A stretch of 64,000 bases of DNA from an uncultured Methanosarcinales archaeon. Its GTDB lineage: Archaea > Halobacteriota > Methanosarcinia > Methanotrichales > Methanotrichaceae. Of this stretch, positions 19,853-30,341 are shown piece by piece; within the stretch, counting starts at the first letter, position 1; each line of letters starts with the position of its first letter. Where the stretch lies: contig CAWJKV010000015.1 in assembly GCA_963843555.1 (NCBI GenBank), positions 1-64,000 of the forward strand. The letters run 5' to 3'. The notes beneath the pieces are model-generated. The model did no database searches and was not told the origin of the DNA. It was given only the letters and a program-made list of their open reading frames with translations. The position numbers and the translations under genes are program-made.

Positions 19853-20651
19853 GCTGCAATGGGATTTTTTCCGGTACGACTTCATGCGAACTGCCCTTGC
19901 CGCGGGCCTGGCAGCCTCGGTGCTCTGCGGCATAGTAGGGATATATGTAATATTAAATAAAATAGTTTTCATCAGCGATGGTATAGCCCATGCTGCCTTT
20001 GGCGGCATCGGCCTCGGCTACTTCCTAGGTTTCGACCCTCTGGCCTTTGGAATAGGGTCGGCGATTCTGACGGCTTTGGGTATTGGAGTGGTCAGCCACA
20101 GGGCCCGCGTCTCGGAGGACACAGCCATCGGCGTCTTCATGGCCACGGGCATGGCCCTGGGAGTAATGTTTTTGACGCTTTCCCGAGGATATGCCAGAGA
20201 TCTTTACGGCTATTTGTTCGGCAATATACTGGCGGTAACCTGGAATGATGTGCTGATGATGTTAGCCCTCACCCTGATCATCCTGGTCCTGGTCTTCATT
20301 CTCTACAAAGAGTTTCTCATTATGAGCTTCGATCCAGTCTATGGAGAGGCCATCGGCCTTCCTGTGCAGGGTCTTCGGCTCTTGCTCCTCACAATGGTGG
20401 CATTCAGCGTCGTCGTTTTAATCAAGATTGTGGGGATAATCATGGTCATAGCCCTCTTGACCATTCCTGGGGCCATAAGCCGGCAGCACATGAAGGGATT
20501 GCCCGCCATCATGGCCGGGTCCGTAATCTTAGGCGCCATCTTTGTAACCATTGGCCTATTGGTATCCTATATTTTGGACGTTCCCTCAGGAGCGACCATA
20601 ATTCTGACGGCTGCGGCATTCTTCTTCCTGAGCACGATTGCAGGCAGATAG
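19845..20651 (+). CDS. znuB: Zn/Mn ABC transporter permease
   Basis: ABC-3 motifs SDGIAHAAFGG and YLFGNIL. Confidence 0.92.
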   Translation: MIELQWDFFRYDFMRTALAAGLAASVLCGIVGIYVILNKIVFISDGIAHAAFGGIGLGYFLGFDPLAFGIGSAILTALGIGVVSHRARVSEDTAIGVFMATGMALGVMFLTLSRGYARDLYGYLFGNILAVTWNDVLMMLALTLIILVLVFILYKEFLIMSFDPVYGEAIGLPVQGLRLLLLTMVAFSVVVLIKIVGIIMVIALLTIPGAISRQHMKGLPAIMAGSVILGAIFVTIGLLVSYILDVPSGATIILTAAAFFFLSTIAGR

Positions 20652-20694
20652 ATTCAGATAGGCTTAATTAATGGATGCAGACTAACCTGTTGGC

Positions 20695-21715
20695 ATGAAG
20701 CTCTTCGAGATCATCTGTGTCCTGATGGTTCTTTTCGGGACCTGTCTGGCAGAAGATCTCATCTTTTTCGCGGATGATCATTACAAATCCCTTGGACTTC
20801 TTGAACTCGAGGCATCTGTCATAAATCCCGCTCTCTCCCCAGGGAATCGCATACTCAGAATTAACCTGGCCAATACTGGCCAGCTGGAAGAGCTGATGCC
20901 CATAAACGATAACGGCTCAGTAGATGACATAAAACGGGAGATGTTGGAGGAGATGCACAGTGTCGATGCCCTTAACATCAATGCCGCATTGGATGCAGTG
21001 GAATCAATAAACGTGACCTCAGGGCCGCAGCATATCGCTATTCTTCGCGCGGGAGATGTTTCTCTGCTGCAATTCAATATCACCGCTGAGAAGAGCGCCC
21101 GGGGCGAATTTGAGCTTCCTCTCCACATCGAATTCATGCGGCAGGTAGATGTGAGCGTGAGCAATGGAACGGTCTCGCCCCTCTATCAATCGCTCAATCA
21201 GAGCTTCAACCTCAAAGTATCTGTGGCGGGAGATGAGGAGCCATTACGCATCTTATCGATCAGGTCCGAACTCTTGAGAGGAGGATCAGGGACCCTGAGT
21301 CTGGTGATCGAGAATAATGGGGCTGAAGACTTTGAAAACTGTTCTGTCGGACTCTTGGCTGCGCCTCCTTTCCATGTCGAAAGCCCGGATATCTTAATGG
21401 GAGACCTATCGACTGGCTCTATGGCTCTGGCCAGCTTCACCGTTGCCGTGGATGCAAACGCCAGCTTGCAGGATTATCAATTGGGCTGCCTGATTCGATC
21501 TGGCGAAAAAAGTGTGGAACTCGCCATACCGTTGACCCTGACCGGATCCGGCTATTTCTCCGGCCCGCCCAGCTGTGTTGCTATTCGGAGGCTTGATTTT
21601 CGCCTCCCTGGCAGCCTTTCTCCTCCTCAAAAATTATGAGCATCTTTATCGGCGCAAAGGAAGACGTCTCAGGTTGCAGCAATTCTGGCAAAGAGATAAA
21701 GGAAGATCGCGATAA
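20695..21715 (+). CDS. Secreted/surface protein (COG1361-like); frameshift near 21560 separates its C-terminal TM anchor
   Basis: Signal peptide. The shifted frame gives PAVLLFGGLIFASLAAFLLLKNYEHLYRRKGRR..* ending at TAA 21713-21715, which overlaps the next ATG. Confidence 0.7.
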
Positions 21716-22647
21716 TGATAGAAAAATCGGTCGTAGCTTATGGGATCTGCAAGAGATATAAGAGATTCTTTGGGGCCGGCGCCACTGTCCTTAAGAATAT
21801 ATCTCTGGATATAGAAGTTGGAGAGATATTTGGCTTGCTGGGCCCCAACGGTTCCGGCAAGACCACGCTCATCTCCATATTTTCCACTCTGATATACCCG
21901 GAAGAGGGCAGTCTGTCCATCCTGGGCCTCGATGCACGCCGCGACCGGGGAGAGATACGCAAGATAATAAACATCAGTACTGCCAAGCCCAACTTCCCCT
22001 GGAGCCTGACAGTGCGGGAGAATCTGCGCCACTACGGCATGCTCTATGGTTTGTACGGCTCCGGCCTCTCCCGGACGGTTGAGGACCAGATAGATGCCTT
22101 TGAACTGGGCGAGTTTCGGGACATGAAGTTTGAGGATCTATCCACAGGCATAAAGCAGAGGCTCTCTCTGGCAAAGGCCATGCTCAACCGTCCTCGTCTG
22201 CTCTTCTTAGACGAGCCCACAACCGGCCTAGACCCTGACATATCCATAAGAACCAGGGCATTGATTCGGAGAATTCACGAAGAAGAGAACGTAGGCGTGG
22301 TCTTATCCACGCATTATATGCCCGAGGCGGAGATGCTCTGCGATAGGATTGCATTCTTAAGAAAGGGTGAAATCGTGGCTCTGGATACGCCCCAAAATCT
22401 GAAGAACCATCTCGGTTTGGGAGAAAGGGTTGTGGTAACCTACTCCGGCCAGGCGGATATCGAGGCTCTTGAGAATCTGCCGGAGGTCATCGGGCTCAAA
22501 TCCAAGGCCGGCAGGGTGGAGATAGTGATCGATAGGAGAGAGGATAGCGTGGATCGGATCGTCAAGCTCTTTCAAGGGGCCTCGATCCTGGATATAAACA
22601 TAGAAGAGCCGGATTTGGAGGATGTCTTTATTGAACTGGCAAGGTGA
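21715..22647 (+). CDS. ABC transporter ATP-binding protein (DrrA/CcmA-like)
   Basis: GPNGSGKTT, LSTG, FLDEPT, STHY. Confidence 0.93.
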   Translation: MIEKSVVAYGICKRYKRFFGAGATVLKNISLDIEVGEIFGLLGPNGSGKTTLISIFSTLIYPEEGSLSILGLDARRDRGEIRKIINISTAKPNFPWSLTVRENLRHYGMLYGLYGSGLSRTVEDQIDAFELGEFRDMKFEDLSTGIKQRLSLAKAMLNRPRLLFLDEPTTGLDPDISIRTRALIRRIHEEENVGVVLSTHYMPEAEMLCDRIAFLRKGEIVALDTPQNLKNHLGLGERVVVTYSGQADIEALENLPEVIGLKSKAGRVEIVIDRREDSVDRIVKLFQGASILDINIEEPDLEDVFIELAR

Positions 22648-23416
22648 ATTGAATAAGTATCTGGCGTCGGCCTACAAGAACTGGATAATCTCCAAGAGGA
22701 ATATATTCACCATCTTTGAGCTCTTCTTCTGGCCCATGATCAGCTTGCTCTCCATCGGTCTGCTCACGCGATTCCTGAAGTTGGACGAGTCGATGATCTC
22801 TTTTCTGCTGGTGGGTTCCATCGCCCTTACCATTCTGCAGGTAGCCCAGATCGATGTGGCCTATGTTCTTCTGTTCGATATGTGGTCCAAGAGCATCAAG
22901 AACACCTTCATTGCCCCCGTGCATAGTTACCATCTGATCTTTGGAGCTCTGCTCTTTGGCGTCGTCCGGGGAAGCATTGTCTTCGGCATCCTGATAGTCG
23001 TAAGCAGCTACCTCTTTGGCTTCGACTTCCTGGCAGGCGGCCTCCTGCCGGTGCTGATATTTCTGGCAGGAGTTTTTGCCATGGCTGCGATTATAGGCAT
23101 CACTGTCTGCATATCCATTCTCACCTTCGGCCAGAAGGCGGATGTTGCAGCCTGGAGCCTGAGCGGATTGATACTGCTCGTCAGCGGGATCTACTATCCA
23201 GTGGATGTGTTGCCTCTCTTGCTTCAGAAGGCGGCCTGGGCCATCCCGCTGACTTACTTCCTGGAATACTACAGGACAATATTTATTCCCGGCCCGCACC
23301 ATCTGGTTACGGGAACAATTCTGGCCGCGTTCTACCTCATACTGGGGCTGATCCTCTTCGATCGAGCCATAGATAGGGCCAGGAGGACGGGCATTTTGCT
23401 GCGTCTGTCGGAATAG
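22622..23416 (+). CDS. ABC-2 type permease
   Basis: About six TM segments; SGIYYPV..LP..PLTY motif. Confidence 0.88.
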   Translation: MSLLNWQGELNKYLASAYKNWIISKRNIFTIFELFFWPMISLLSIGLLTRFLKLDESMISFLLVGSIALTILQVAQIDVAYVLLFDMWSKSIKNTFIAPVHSYHLIFGALLFGVVRGSIVFGILIVVSSYLFGFDFLAGGLLPVLIFLAGVFAMAAIIGITVCISILTFGQKADVAAWSLSGLILLVSGIYYPVDVLPLLLQKAAWAIPLTYFLEYYRTIFIPGPHHLVTGTILAAFYLILGLILFDRAIDRARRTGILLRLSE

Positions 23417-23459
23417 TCATCAGGATTCTTTGCAGAAGGTATGAGCACATGAATTTTGG

Positions 23460-24689
23460 GTGTTGGGCTTGATAGAAGGTATGGTGGGAAAGGTCCGTGT
23501 GGGAGACGATCAGCCTGTGCGGCTGATGAGCGTTATCAACCTCAGCCGGGAGTCTTTCTACAAGGGTTCTGTGGCCGGCCCGGATGAGGTTCTTTCCATG
23601 GCCATGGATCTGCAGGAGCAGGGCGCAGATATTATAGATCTGGGGGCAGTCTCCACGGCGCCCGGTTCCCCTCCTGTAAGCGAAGCCGTAGAGAGGGAGC
23701 GGCTCTTTCCCGCCTTAAAAGAGATCCTGGACAACCTGGATATCACCATCTCAGTAGATACGCAAAGGTCAGCTATTGCAGATGATGCTCTGTCCTGCGG
23801 CGCCGACTGCATAAACGATGTATCGGGCCTCTGCGACCCAAAGATGGCGGCAAATGTGGCAAAATGCGATGGCTCTTTGATCATCATGGCCTCAGAGAAA
23901 AGAGCGGGAGATGTCCTCTATCTGAATCAGATAATTCCATTGCTCGGGGAAAGGGTGCGAACTGCAATCCAGGCAGGTGTATCCCCGGCAAAGATCTCTG
24001 TGGACCCTGGGATCGGCAGATGGATACCAGAGAAGACGGCTGAATATGATCTGGCCCTTCTGGATGGTTTTGAGCGGCTGCGCATTCTGGATAAGCCCGT
24101 GGTCGCAGCTCTGTCACGCAAATCCTTCATTGGAGAGCGTCTCAGACAGCCCGATCCCTTAGAGCGGCTCTCAGGAACTCTGGCGGCCACGGCCATTGCC
24201 GTTTATCTGGGTGCGCATATCGTTAGGACGCATGATATCACCGCCAGCAGGGATACAGTGGCCATGGCAAAGGCCATCAGAGGCCACCCTGCGAAAGTCG
24301 ACGATGAGGATCTAGATGTGGAGGTATTGGGATACCTGGGCCGGGGAGAAGATTTGTTCGAGATTATGCAAAGAACAGAGGTGGATGAGCGGGGATGGGG
24401 CGTGCTCTCCAGGAAAGGATCTTTTCGCGTCCTAATTGTCCGGGGCGTAAGCAGCATGGAAGCCCTGATAATAAAGCAGGAGATGCTGGCACGCGGCGGA
24501 GATGCTGCCATTCCAAAGCTTGCGCTGCGCTGTGACAAGCGGCCGGAAGAGGTTTTAATATTTGGCACCATGGTTCAGATATCCGGCCTCGTGAAGAACC
24601 TGAAAGACCAGCCCTTCCGGCTCTCGCGCCTGGCCAGGTGCATAGATGAAGCAATGGAATCGATCGAAAGCCTTGAACGCTACAGGTGA
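23460..24689 (+). CDS. folP: Dihydropteroate synthase-like protein with extra C-terminal domain
   Basis: MSVINLSRESF, IDLGAVST, SVDT, INDVSG, DPGIG, SRKSF, RTHD. Confidence 0.9.
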   Translation: MLGLIEGMVGKVRVGDDQPVRLMSVINLSRESFYKGSVAGPDEVLSMAMDLQEQGADIIDLGAVSTAPGSPPVSEAVERERLFPALKEILDNLDITISVDTQRSAIADDALSCGADCINDVSGLCDPKMAANVAKCDGSLIIMASEKRAGDVLYLNQIIPLLGERVRTAIQAGVSPAKISVDPGIGRWIPEKTAEYDLALLDGFERLRILDKPVVAALSRKSFIGERLRQPDPLERLSGTLAATAIAVYLGAHIVRTHDITASRDTVAMAKAIRGHPAKVDDEDLDVEVLGYLGRGEDLFEIMQRTEVDERGWGVLSRKGSFRVLIVRGVSSMEALIIKQEMLARGGDAAIPKLALRCDKRPEEVLIFGTMVQISGLVKNLKDQPFRLSRLARCIDEAMESIESLERYR

Positions 24690-25849
24690 GTTGGTTGCAG
24701 GTCTTGGGCATTAAGACGGATCTGATAAGACCGGGCGATGACCTGGTGGAGTCGCTTGACAAAGCAATGGCAAAATCAGGCCTGGCCTTCCAGGATGGTG
24801 ATATCCTCGTCGTCTCGGAGAGCACAGTTGCTACGGCCGAAGGGAGAGTTGTGGCTTTGGATGATGTCACTCCCGGTGATAGGGCCCAAACATTGGCTGC
24901 CAGGTACGGCAAAGACCCGCGAGAGATGGAGCTGATACTCAGGGAATCGGACGAGATAGTGGGAGGCATACCGGGCGTGGTTTTGACGCTGAATAAGGGT
25001 TTCCTTTATCCCAATGCCGGGATCGATAACTCTAATGCCCCGGCAGGACATGTTGTGCTGTTTCCGGCCAATGCAGAAAGGTCTGCGCAGCTAATTCGGG
25101 AACGAATGGGGAAGGGCAGGAAGATCGGAGTCATCATCGGAGACAGCAGGACTCATCCCCTGCGGCTGGGGTGCGTGGGAGTGGCACTGGCGTGCGCGGG
25201 CCTGGAGGCAGTTGAGGATGCGCGAGGCCAGAAGGACCTCTTCGGCCGGGAGCTCAAGATCACACGCAAGGCTGTGGCCGATAATCTGGTATCGGCCGCT
25301 CAGATTGTGATGGGCGAAGGCGATGAAGGGATTCCTGCGGCGATAGTAAGAGGTTCGTCCGTTCCCATTCGGGAAGTCAGCGGCGAGATTCCTACCATCC
25401 CGCCCGCGGAATGCATGTACATCGGCGCTCTGGGCTTCGGTCCCCGTCCCTACACAGGAGGATATGACGATCTGATTGAGCAGGCCAGAGGGGCACGAGC
25501 AATGGCCTATGCTCCTTACTCAGGATTCAAGGTGGGGGCTGCGCTTCTCTCCCGAAGTGGTCGGGTCTATTCCGCGGGAAATATTGAGAATGTCTCTTCG
25601 GGGGCAGGCATCTGCGCGGAGAGGGCGGCCATGGCAAAGGCCATCGCATCTGGAGAGAGAGATTTTGAGGCAATAGCTATTGTCGGCGAGACCATTGAGC
25701 CCATAACACCATGCGGCATATGCCGGCAGAGCCTGATAGAGTGCGGGGAGGATATTCTGGTCATCATGGCCAATGTCAAGGGTGAGGCAATAACCGCGTC
25801 GATTAATGATCTTCTGCCCAGAGCCTTCACTTCCCGGTGCCTAAAATAA
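24686..25849 (+). CDS. cofE: Coenzyme F420:L-glutamate ligase (CofE) fused to cytidine deaminase
   Basis: N-terminal NAGIDNSN, GQKDLFGRELKIT, MGEGDEG; C-terminal AYAPYSGFKVGAA, CAERAA, PCGICRQ. Confidence 0.9.
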   Translation: MSWLQVLGIKTDLIRPGDDLVESLDKAMAKSGLAFQDGDILVVSESTVATAEGRVVALDDVTPGDRAQTLAARYGKDPREMELILRESDEIVGGIPGVVLTLNKGFLYPNAGIDNSNAPAGHVVLFPANAERSAQLIRERMGKGRKIGVIIGDSRTHPLRLGCVGVALACAGLEAVEDARGQKDLFGRELKITRKAVADNLVSAAQIVMGEGDEGIPAAIVRGSSVPIREVSGEIPTIPPAECMYIGALGFGPRPYTGGYDDLIEQARGARAMAYAPYSGFKVGAALLSRSGRVYSAGNIENVSSGAGICAERAAMAKAIASGERDFEAIAIVGETIEPITPCGICRQSLIECGEDILVIMANVKGEAITASINDLLPRAFTSRCLK

Positions 25850-25928
25850 ACTATTATTAAAATATTACTATTATAATCATTGCTTTTAAAAATGTGATAG
25901 AAAAGATGTCCGGCATTCCGGGCATCTC

Positions 25929-27299
25929 TTATTCGGCCTCGCCTACCAGATCCTTGCCAGGTTCCTTGCGCTCCACAGTGTCGAGCTTGCACTCAATTGG
26001 GGTGCAGACCAGAACATCCTGGGATTGGAATTTGGTGTACGGGTTCTCGGGTATGGTCGTGTCCAGGCCCATGGAGGCGGCCATCATCTCAACAATATCC
26101 ACCATCTTTATGGGGGATTGAGCGGCATTACGACCGTCGATCAGATTCAGCCTGCAGAACGGACAGGTGGAACAGATTACCTCTGCCTGAACATCCGTTG
26201 CATCCTGAACTCTGGCCTTGGCGCAATCCAGAGCCAGGTCGGGAATTCCTGCCTTCACACCGCCGCCAGCTCCGCAGCACCTTTGCAGAGCCCTGTTTCT
26301 CACCATCTCCTGGAACTTGACGCCAGGGATGGACTGAACGCATTCCCTGGGTGCCTCAAAGGCCCAATCTTTTCCCTTGAGGTGCATGAGATGCCGTCCA
26401 TTGTGGCAGGGGTCGTGGTAAGTGAACCTGTAGTTGAGAGGTATCTTGTACTTAACCTCGCCATTCTTTATTTTATCTCTCAGGAATACGGAGAGAGGCA
26501 TAGTCTCATAGGGGATGTAGCCCTCGTACCACATGGGCCAATCGATGGCTGCATTCCTGAGGCAGCCGGCGCAGGCGAATAGCACGTTCTTTGCTCCGGC
26601 GTCCTTCAGGGCATCGATATTGTGCACAGCATGCTCGGCCATGACCTCACGCTGGCCGGTTCTGATCAGAGCCGAAGCACAGCACCATTCATCCTTGCCC
26701 AGCATGGCGAAGGGCACGCCAAGATTATCCAGAATCCTCACAGTGGCGACGCCCAGTGCTTGCTGTCGGTATGCTGCAGTGCAGCCTGCGAAGTATACTA
26801 TATCTCCCGACTCTTGCACCTTGATATCTTTTGGAACCCAGCTCAGCCTCTCATCTTGCTTGGCCTGGTAGGGATTTCTATCTCCCTTGATGAGCTTGGG
26901 GAAGAAGGACTGTTTTCCCACGGGTCCATCGCCGCGCTTTACCAGGTTGGGCCGCATGGCCTCCCAGAGCTCTACGGTCTTGATTCCTGCTTCGCAGACC
27001 GTTCCGCAGACACCGCATGTGGTGCAGCTGTATGTATCTTCGGTGAAGACCTTCATCTCATCTTCGGTGAGGGGCTTGGCTCCGAAGATCTTGGCGCGCA
27101 GGCTCTGGCTCTTGGCCAGCAACTCTCTCCACCTTGCGTTCTTATACATGGGAGTAATGCCGGGCCGATCCTGTCTAACCGCGAAGGTCGGGCACCACTT
27201 CATACACTCCTGGCATCTGTTGCAGCCGTCAACCTCAAGGAGCTGAGTGGACATCATATAGCCCGTCATTAAGGGCTTGGAGCCTTTTTCATCAGCCAT
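25929..27299 (-). CDS. hdrD: Heterodisulfide reductase subunit D
   Basis: Two 4Fe-4S motifs plus two CCG-type domains (YFAGC, WCCAS, YHDPCH, CCGAGGG, CPFC). Confidence 0.9.
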   Translation of the reverse strand: MADEKGSKPLMTGYMMSTQLLEVDGCNRCQECMKWCPTFAVRQDRPGITPMYKNARWRELLAKSQSLRAKIFGAKPLTEDEMKVFTEDTYSCTTCGVCGTVCEAGIKTVELWEAMRPNLVKRGDGPVGKQSFFPKLIKGDRNPYQAKQDERLSWVPKDIKVQESGDIVYFAGCTAAYRQQALGVATVRILDNLGVPFAMLGKDEWCCASALIRTGQREVMAEHAVHNIDALKDAGAKNVLFACAGCLRNAAIDWPMWYEGYIPYETMPLSVFLRDKIKNGEVKYKIPLNYRFTYHDPCHNGRHLMHLKGKDWAFEAPRECVQSIPGVKFQEMVRNRALQRCCGAGGGVKAGIPDLALDCAKARVQDATDVQAEVICSTCPFCRLNLIDGRNAAQSPIKMVDIVEMMAASMGLDTTIPENPYTKFQSQDVLVCTPIECKLDTVERKEPGKDLVGEAE

Positions 27300-27300
27300 T

Positions 27301-28053
27301 TTATTCTCCTCCTCTGTTTGCCAGAAGGGTCATGGGTGTTGCAATCACGTGGATGTACTTGCTCCATGGCAGGATAAAGGCGAACAGACCAAGAGCCAGC
27401 AAAGTATGAATCAGGGCAAAGTGAGGCGCATAGATGGGATTCTCAAAGGCACTTCCCACCAGGAAGGAGTTCCCGCGCATCCACTCGGCATAAAATCCGG
27501 TGATTGTAATAAGAAATACTGCGCCGATCAATAAGGCATCATAGGCGCTGGTATTGTCTCGCACGAACTTGAGCAGAATCCTTCTGGATATGGCAATGGT
27601 TGCGCCGAATAGGAGCAGATAACCGAAGATATCGAAGGGCAGCGCCAGGTATTCTTTTGCCAACATGGCCTGTTCTTCCAATCCCAGCAGGTTGAAGTGC
27701 TCGACGATATCAATCATGAGTCCAAGGCCGGAAAGAGCCGCTAACATCAGGAATCCATAGAACATGGACATGTGCATAACCCATCGCACCGGGCTCCTGG
27801 CCAGAGTTCTCCTGAGAATAAGGATATCAAGCACAACTGTCCTCAAAAATACCCAAATGCCGTCTTTAAATGCCTCATGAATCCAGGTGGCAAGGAAGAG
27901 CCAGAAGCTATTGCGCAACTGGTCGTGGTAGCCGGTGGATCCGAGACCCCATTTCTTAAAGTTGAAATATATACCATATATCCAAACAGCAAGTACAATA
28001 ACTGTTAGGAGTATCACAAGATTAAAAGTGAGGCCCAACGTGTAGAACGCCAT
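27301..28053 (-). CDS. hdrE: Heterodisulfide reductase cytochrome b subunit E
   Basis: NarI-like membrane protein with RWVMH, ITGFYAE, LIH and SKYIH; directly upstream of hdrD. Confidence 0.9.
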   Translation of the reverse strand: MAFYTLGLTFNLVILLTVIVLAVWIYGIYFNFKKWGLGSTGYHDQLRNSFWLFLATWIHEAFKDGIWVFLRTVVLDILILRRTLARSPVRWVMHMSMFYGFLMLAALSGLGLMIDIVEHFNLLGLEEQAMLAKEYLALPFDIFGYLLLFGATIAISRRILLKFVRDNTSAYDALLIGAVFLITITGFYAEWMRGNSFLVGSAFENPIYAPHFALIHTLLALGLFAFILPWSKYIHVIATPMTLLANRGGE

Positions 28054-28419
28054 CTCATTTCCTCCTCTTTATATTTATCACTATATCGGGGCGATACAAC
28101 CATCATTTGTGACCAACTTACCTGACAACTAATACTTAAATATTCCCTAGCCGTCGCCCGAAATCGCATCCCAATCGACGGTGCTCATAAGAGACAATGA
28201 TCTGAAATAGTCGCCCTTATTGTTCCCTGTGTGGCATCTCGCCGTCGGCTTTTCCCGGACTATTGTGGCAGGGAAGAAAATAGGAAAATCGCCAGAAAAT
28301 CGAATTTCCAGCTCCAACCATCAAACCCTGCGGCATGGTTGGCAGGAGTCTTGGTTATGGATCAAAAACAGATTTGCATTTGGGTCTGGACTGAAAAGGC
28401 ATCCAGGCCCATTTGATCT

Positions 28420-28560
28420 TCAAAGGATTTGTGGTCTTTTCTTTTTGGGCATCTCGGGCCCTGGTTCTGGTCCCCGGGGGAGATCCCATATTCCATATCT
28501 CACGCCTGTGCGGATGCATATAGCATCTTCAAATAAGAAATCCTCTTCGAGTCTGAGCAA
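28420..28560 (-). CDS. Putative 46-aa small protein (below the ORF-track cutoff)
   Basis: TTG start with strong SD GGGGAGG, an upstream TTTATATT and a downstream hairpin; MLRLEEDFLFEDAICIRTGVRYGIWDLPRGPEPGPEMPKKKRPQIL. Confidence 0.45.
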   Translation of the reverse strand: MLRLEEDFLFEDAICIRTGVRYGIWDLPRGPEPGPEMPKKKRPQIL

Positions 28561-29005
28561 GGTTCCTCCCCATTTGCGGGTTTGGTAGTTTGCTAAGCAG
28601 TCTAATTTATTTCGATATTAGACGAAATAGAGGTAGACAATAATCGAATATAAAGGTTTCGGTTTCACTGAACAATGGGACAACTGGATTTAAGTCAAAA
28701 TCAGAGATTTCCCGACTTCCGAGCAAGGAGGCCCTTCTCTTGATGGTGGAGAACGTCTCCTACCTGCAGTCTTGATATCGTGTCCTGATCTGGATGCCGG
28801 CAATCCGCAAAAGCCCCTCCTCTTCAGAAAGGGCGGCTGATGTGCGGCATCTGCTTCTGATGGTGGCGGGAAGAGATCACGCGATTTTCGTTTGGTCTGG
28901 GGCAAATTGGCGATCATCCTTGCCATCCCGAGGCGGATTTGGCATTTGATCATTTTCGTAGCATTTTTATACGACTACAGATGTAATCTACCACGGGGAC
29001 TTTAA

Positions 29006-29587
29006 GTGAAGACTTCAAGATTATTATTTGGGAGCTTAGTATTAAGCATTATCGTGGTGGGTGGACTGTTTCTATCAGGCACGAGCCAGGTTTCGTCATC
29101 TCTGAAGGATCCGGCAATATCTGATTTAGGCTTTACTCCATCTGGCTGGATGGGAGACTATCAAGATGTGACCTTTGCCGACAATTATGAAAAACAGGCC
29201 AATACAATGAAAATCACCTACAATCCCCGCGGAGAAAATGGATGGGCTGGAATTTACTGGTTGTATCCATCTTCGAATTGGGGCGATCAGCCAGGCAAGG
29301 ACTTAAGAGGATACCAAAAAGTGTCCTTCTCGGCTAGAGGAGATAAGGGTAACGAGACAGTGGAGTTCCTGGTTGGCGGCGTGGATACGGGAAAGCAGTT
29401 CAAGGATTCAATTCAGCCTGCAATATCCAGAACCTATACCCTTACGCAGGATTGGGAATACCACGAAATTCCCCTTTCTGATGCGACAGACATATCAAGT
29501 GTCATTGGAGGTTTCGCCTGGCTTATCGATACGAAACAGGGTGGCAAGGCTTCCACATTCTACTTGAAAGATATAGCCGTAAGCTGA
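29006..29587 (+). CDS. Secreted carbohydrate-binding-module-like protein
   Basis: Signal/TM N-terminus; GWAGIYW..NWGD..DLRGYQKVSFSARGDKG..LTQDW..IPL..FYLKDI jelly-roll pattern. Confidence 0.65.
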   Translation: MKTSRLLFGSLVLSIIVVGGLFLSGTSQVSSSLKDPAISDLGFTPSGWMGDYQDVTFADNYEKQANTMKITYNPRGENGWAGIYWLYPSSNWGDQPGKDLRGYQKVSFSARGDKGNETVEFLVGGVDTGKQFKDSIQPAISRTYTLTQDWEYHEIPLSDATDISSVIGGFAWLIDTKQGGKASTFYLKDIAVS

Positions 29588-29619
29588 TAACCGGATAGAA
29601 GTGTCGGCCCTGGCCGGCA

Positions 29620-30162
29620 CTAATTTCTATTAAAGGGCGGATTCGTTCCTACATACGTATTACGTGTATTAGGTCTCTTATCCAAAGGAACAATTTCACT
29701 TACTAAGAGGGTGGTATTGCGTCTCTTTCCATCTCCCCCCATCCCCATAATTACTATTTCGACCCTTCTCTTATTGCTTCGATTGATGGGCCATACAGTT
29801 ATTTCTGTTTCAAAAGGAGGCTTTACATTATTTTTTCCAAAAGATGCGTTTAAGTTGTCAGGCATTATGGCTTCCAAATGTACAGAATGACCGTACGGAC
29901 GAATATATTTGTGGCTATCTTCCACGATGATTTTTGACGTCGTAGTTGGGGGAATCAGTCCTAATTCTCCTGCGGGAGGATCGACAATTATATTAAAATC
30001 TGCTGTATCCACCGGACCGTACATTATCGGTAGGACTGTAGTGAGTATCTGTGTACCAAGAAGAAGCAATAACGGAATAAATAGCATTTGAATGATGGAT
30101 TTTAGTTCAATCCCAGTTGGCTTCCCTTCTTTTTCTGGCTTTCCTTCTTGATCTTTCGGCAT
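29620..30162 (-). CDS. Hypothetical membrane-anchored protein
   Basis: Single TM helix followed by a beta-rich domain. Confidence 0.7.
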   Translation of the reverse strand: MPKDQEGKPEKEGKPTGIELKSIIQMLFIPLLLLLGTQILTTVLPIMYGPVDTADFNIIVDPPAGELGLIPPTTTSKIIVEDSHKYIRPYGHSVHLEAIMPDNLNASFGKNNVKPPFETEITVWPINRSNKRRVEIVIMGMGGDGKRRNTTLLVSEIVPLDKRPNTRNTYVGTNPPFNRN

Positions 30163-30341
30163 TTCCTATTATTACTAGTGTCATTTACGTTCTTAAATAC
30201 CTTCCGATAACGATGGTGGCATCTAATCATCCGGATCATTACATTATTGGTGGGATCCAGTAACCTGATCCTTCATGGAACACAATCAAATGGTTTACGA
30301 GTATTCTGGCTTGATTGATTGTATTCCCTGGAGCCAAACGT

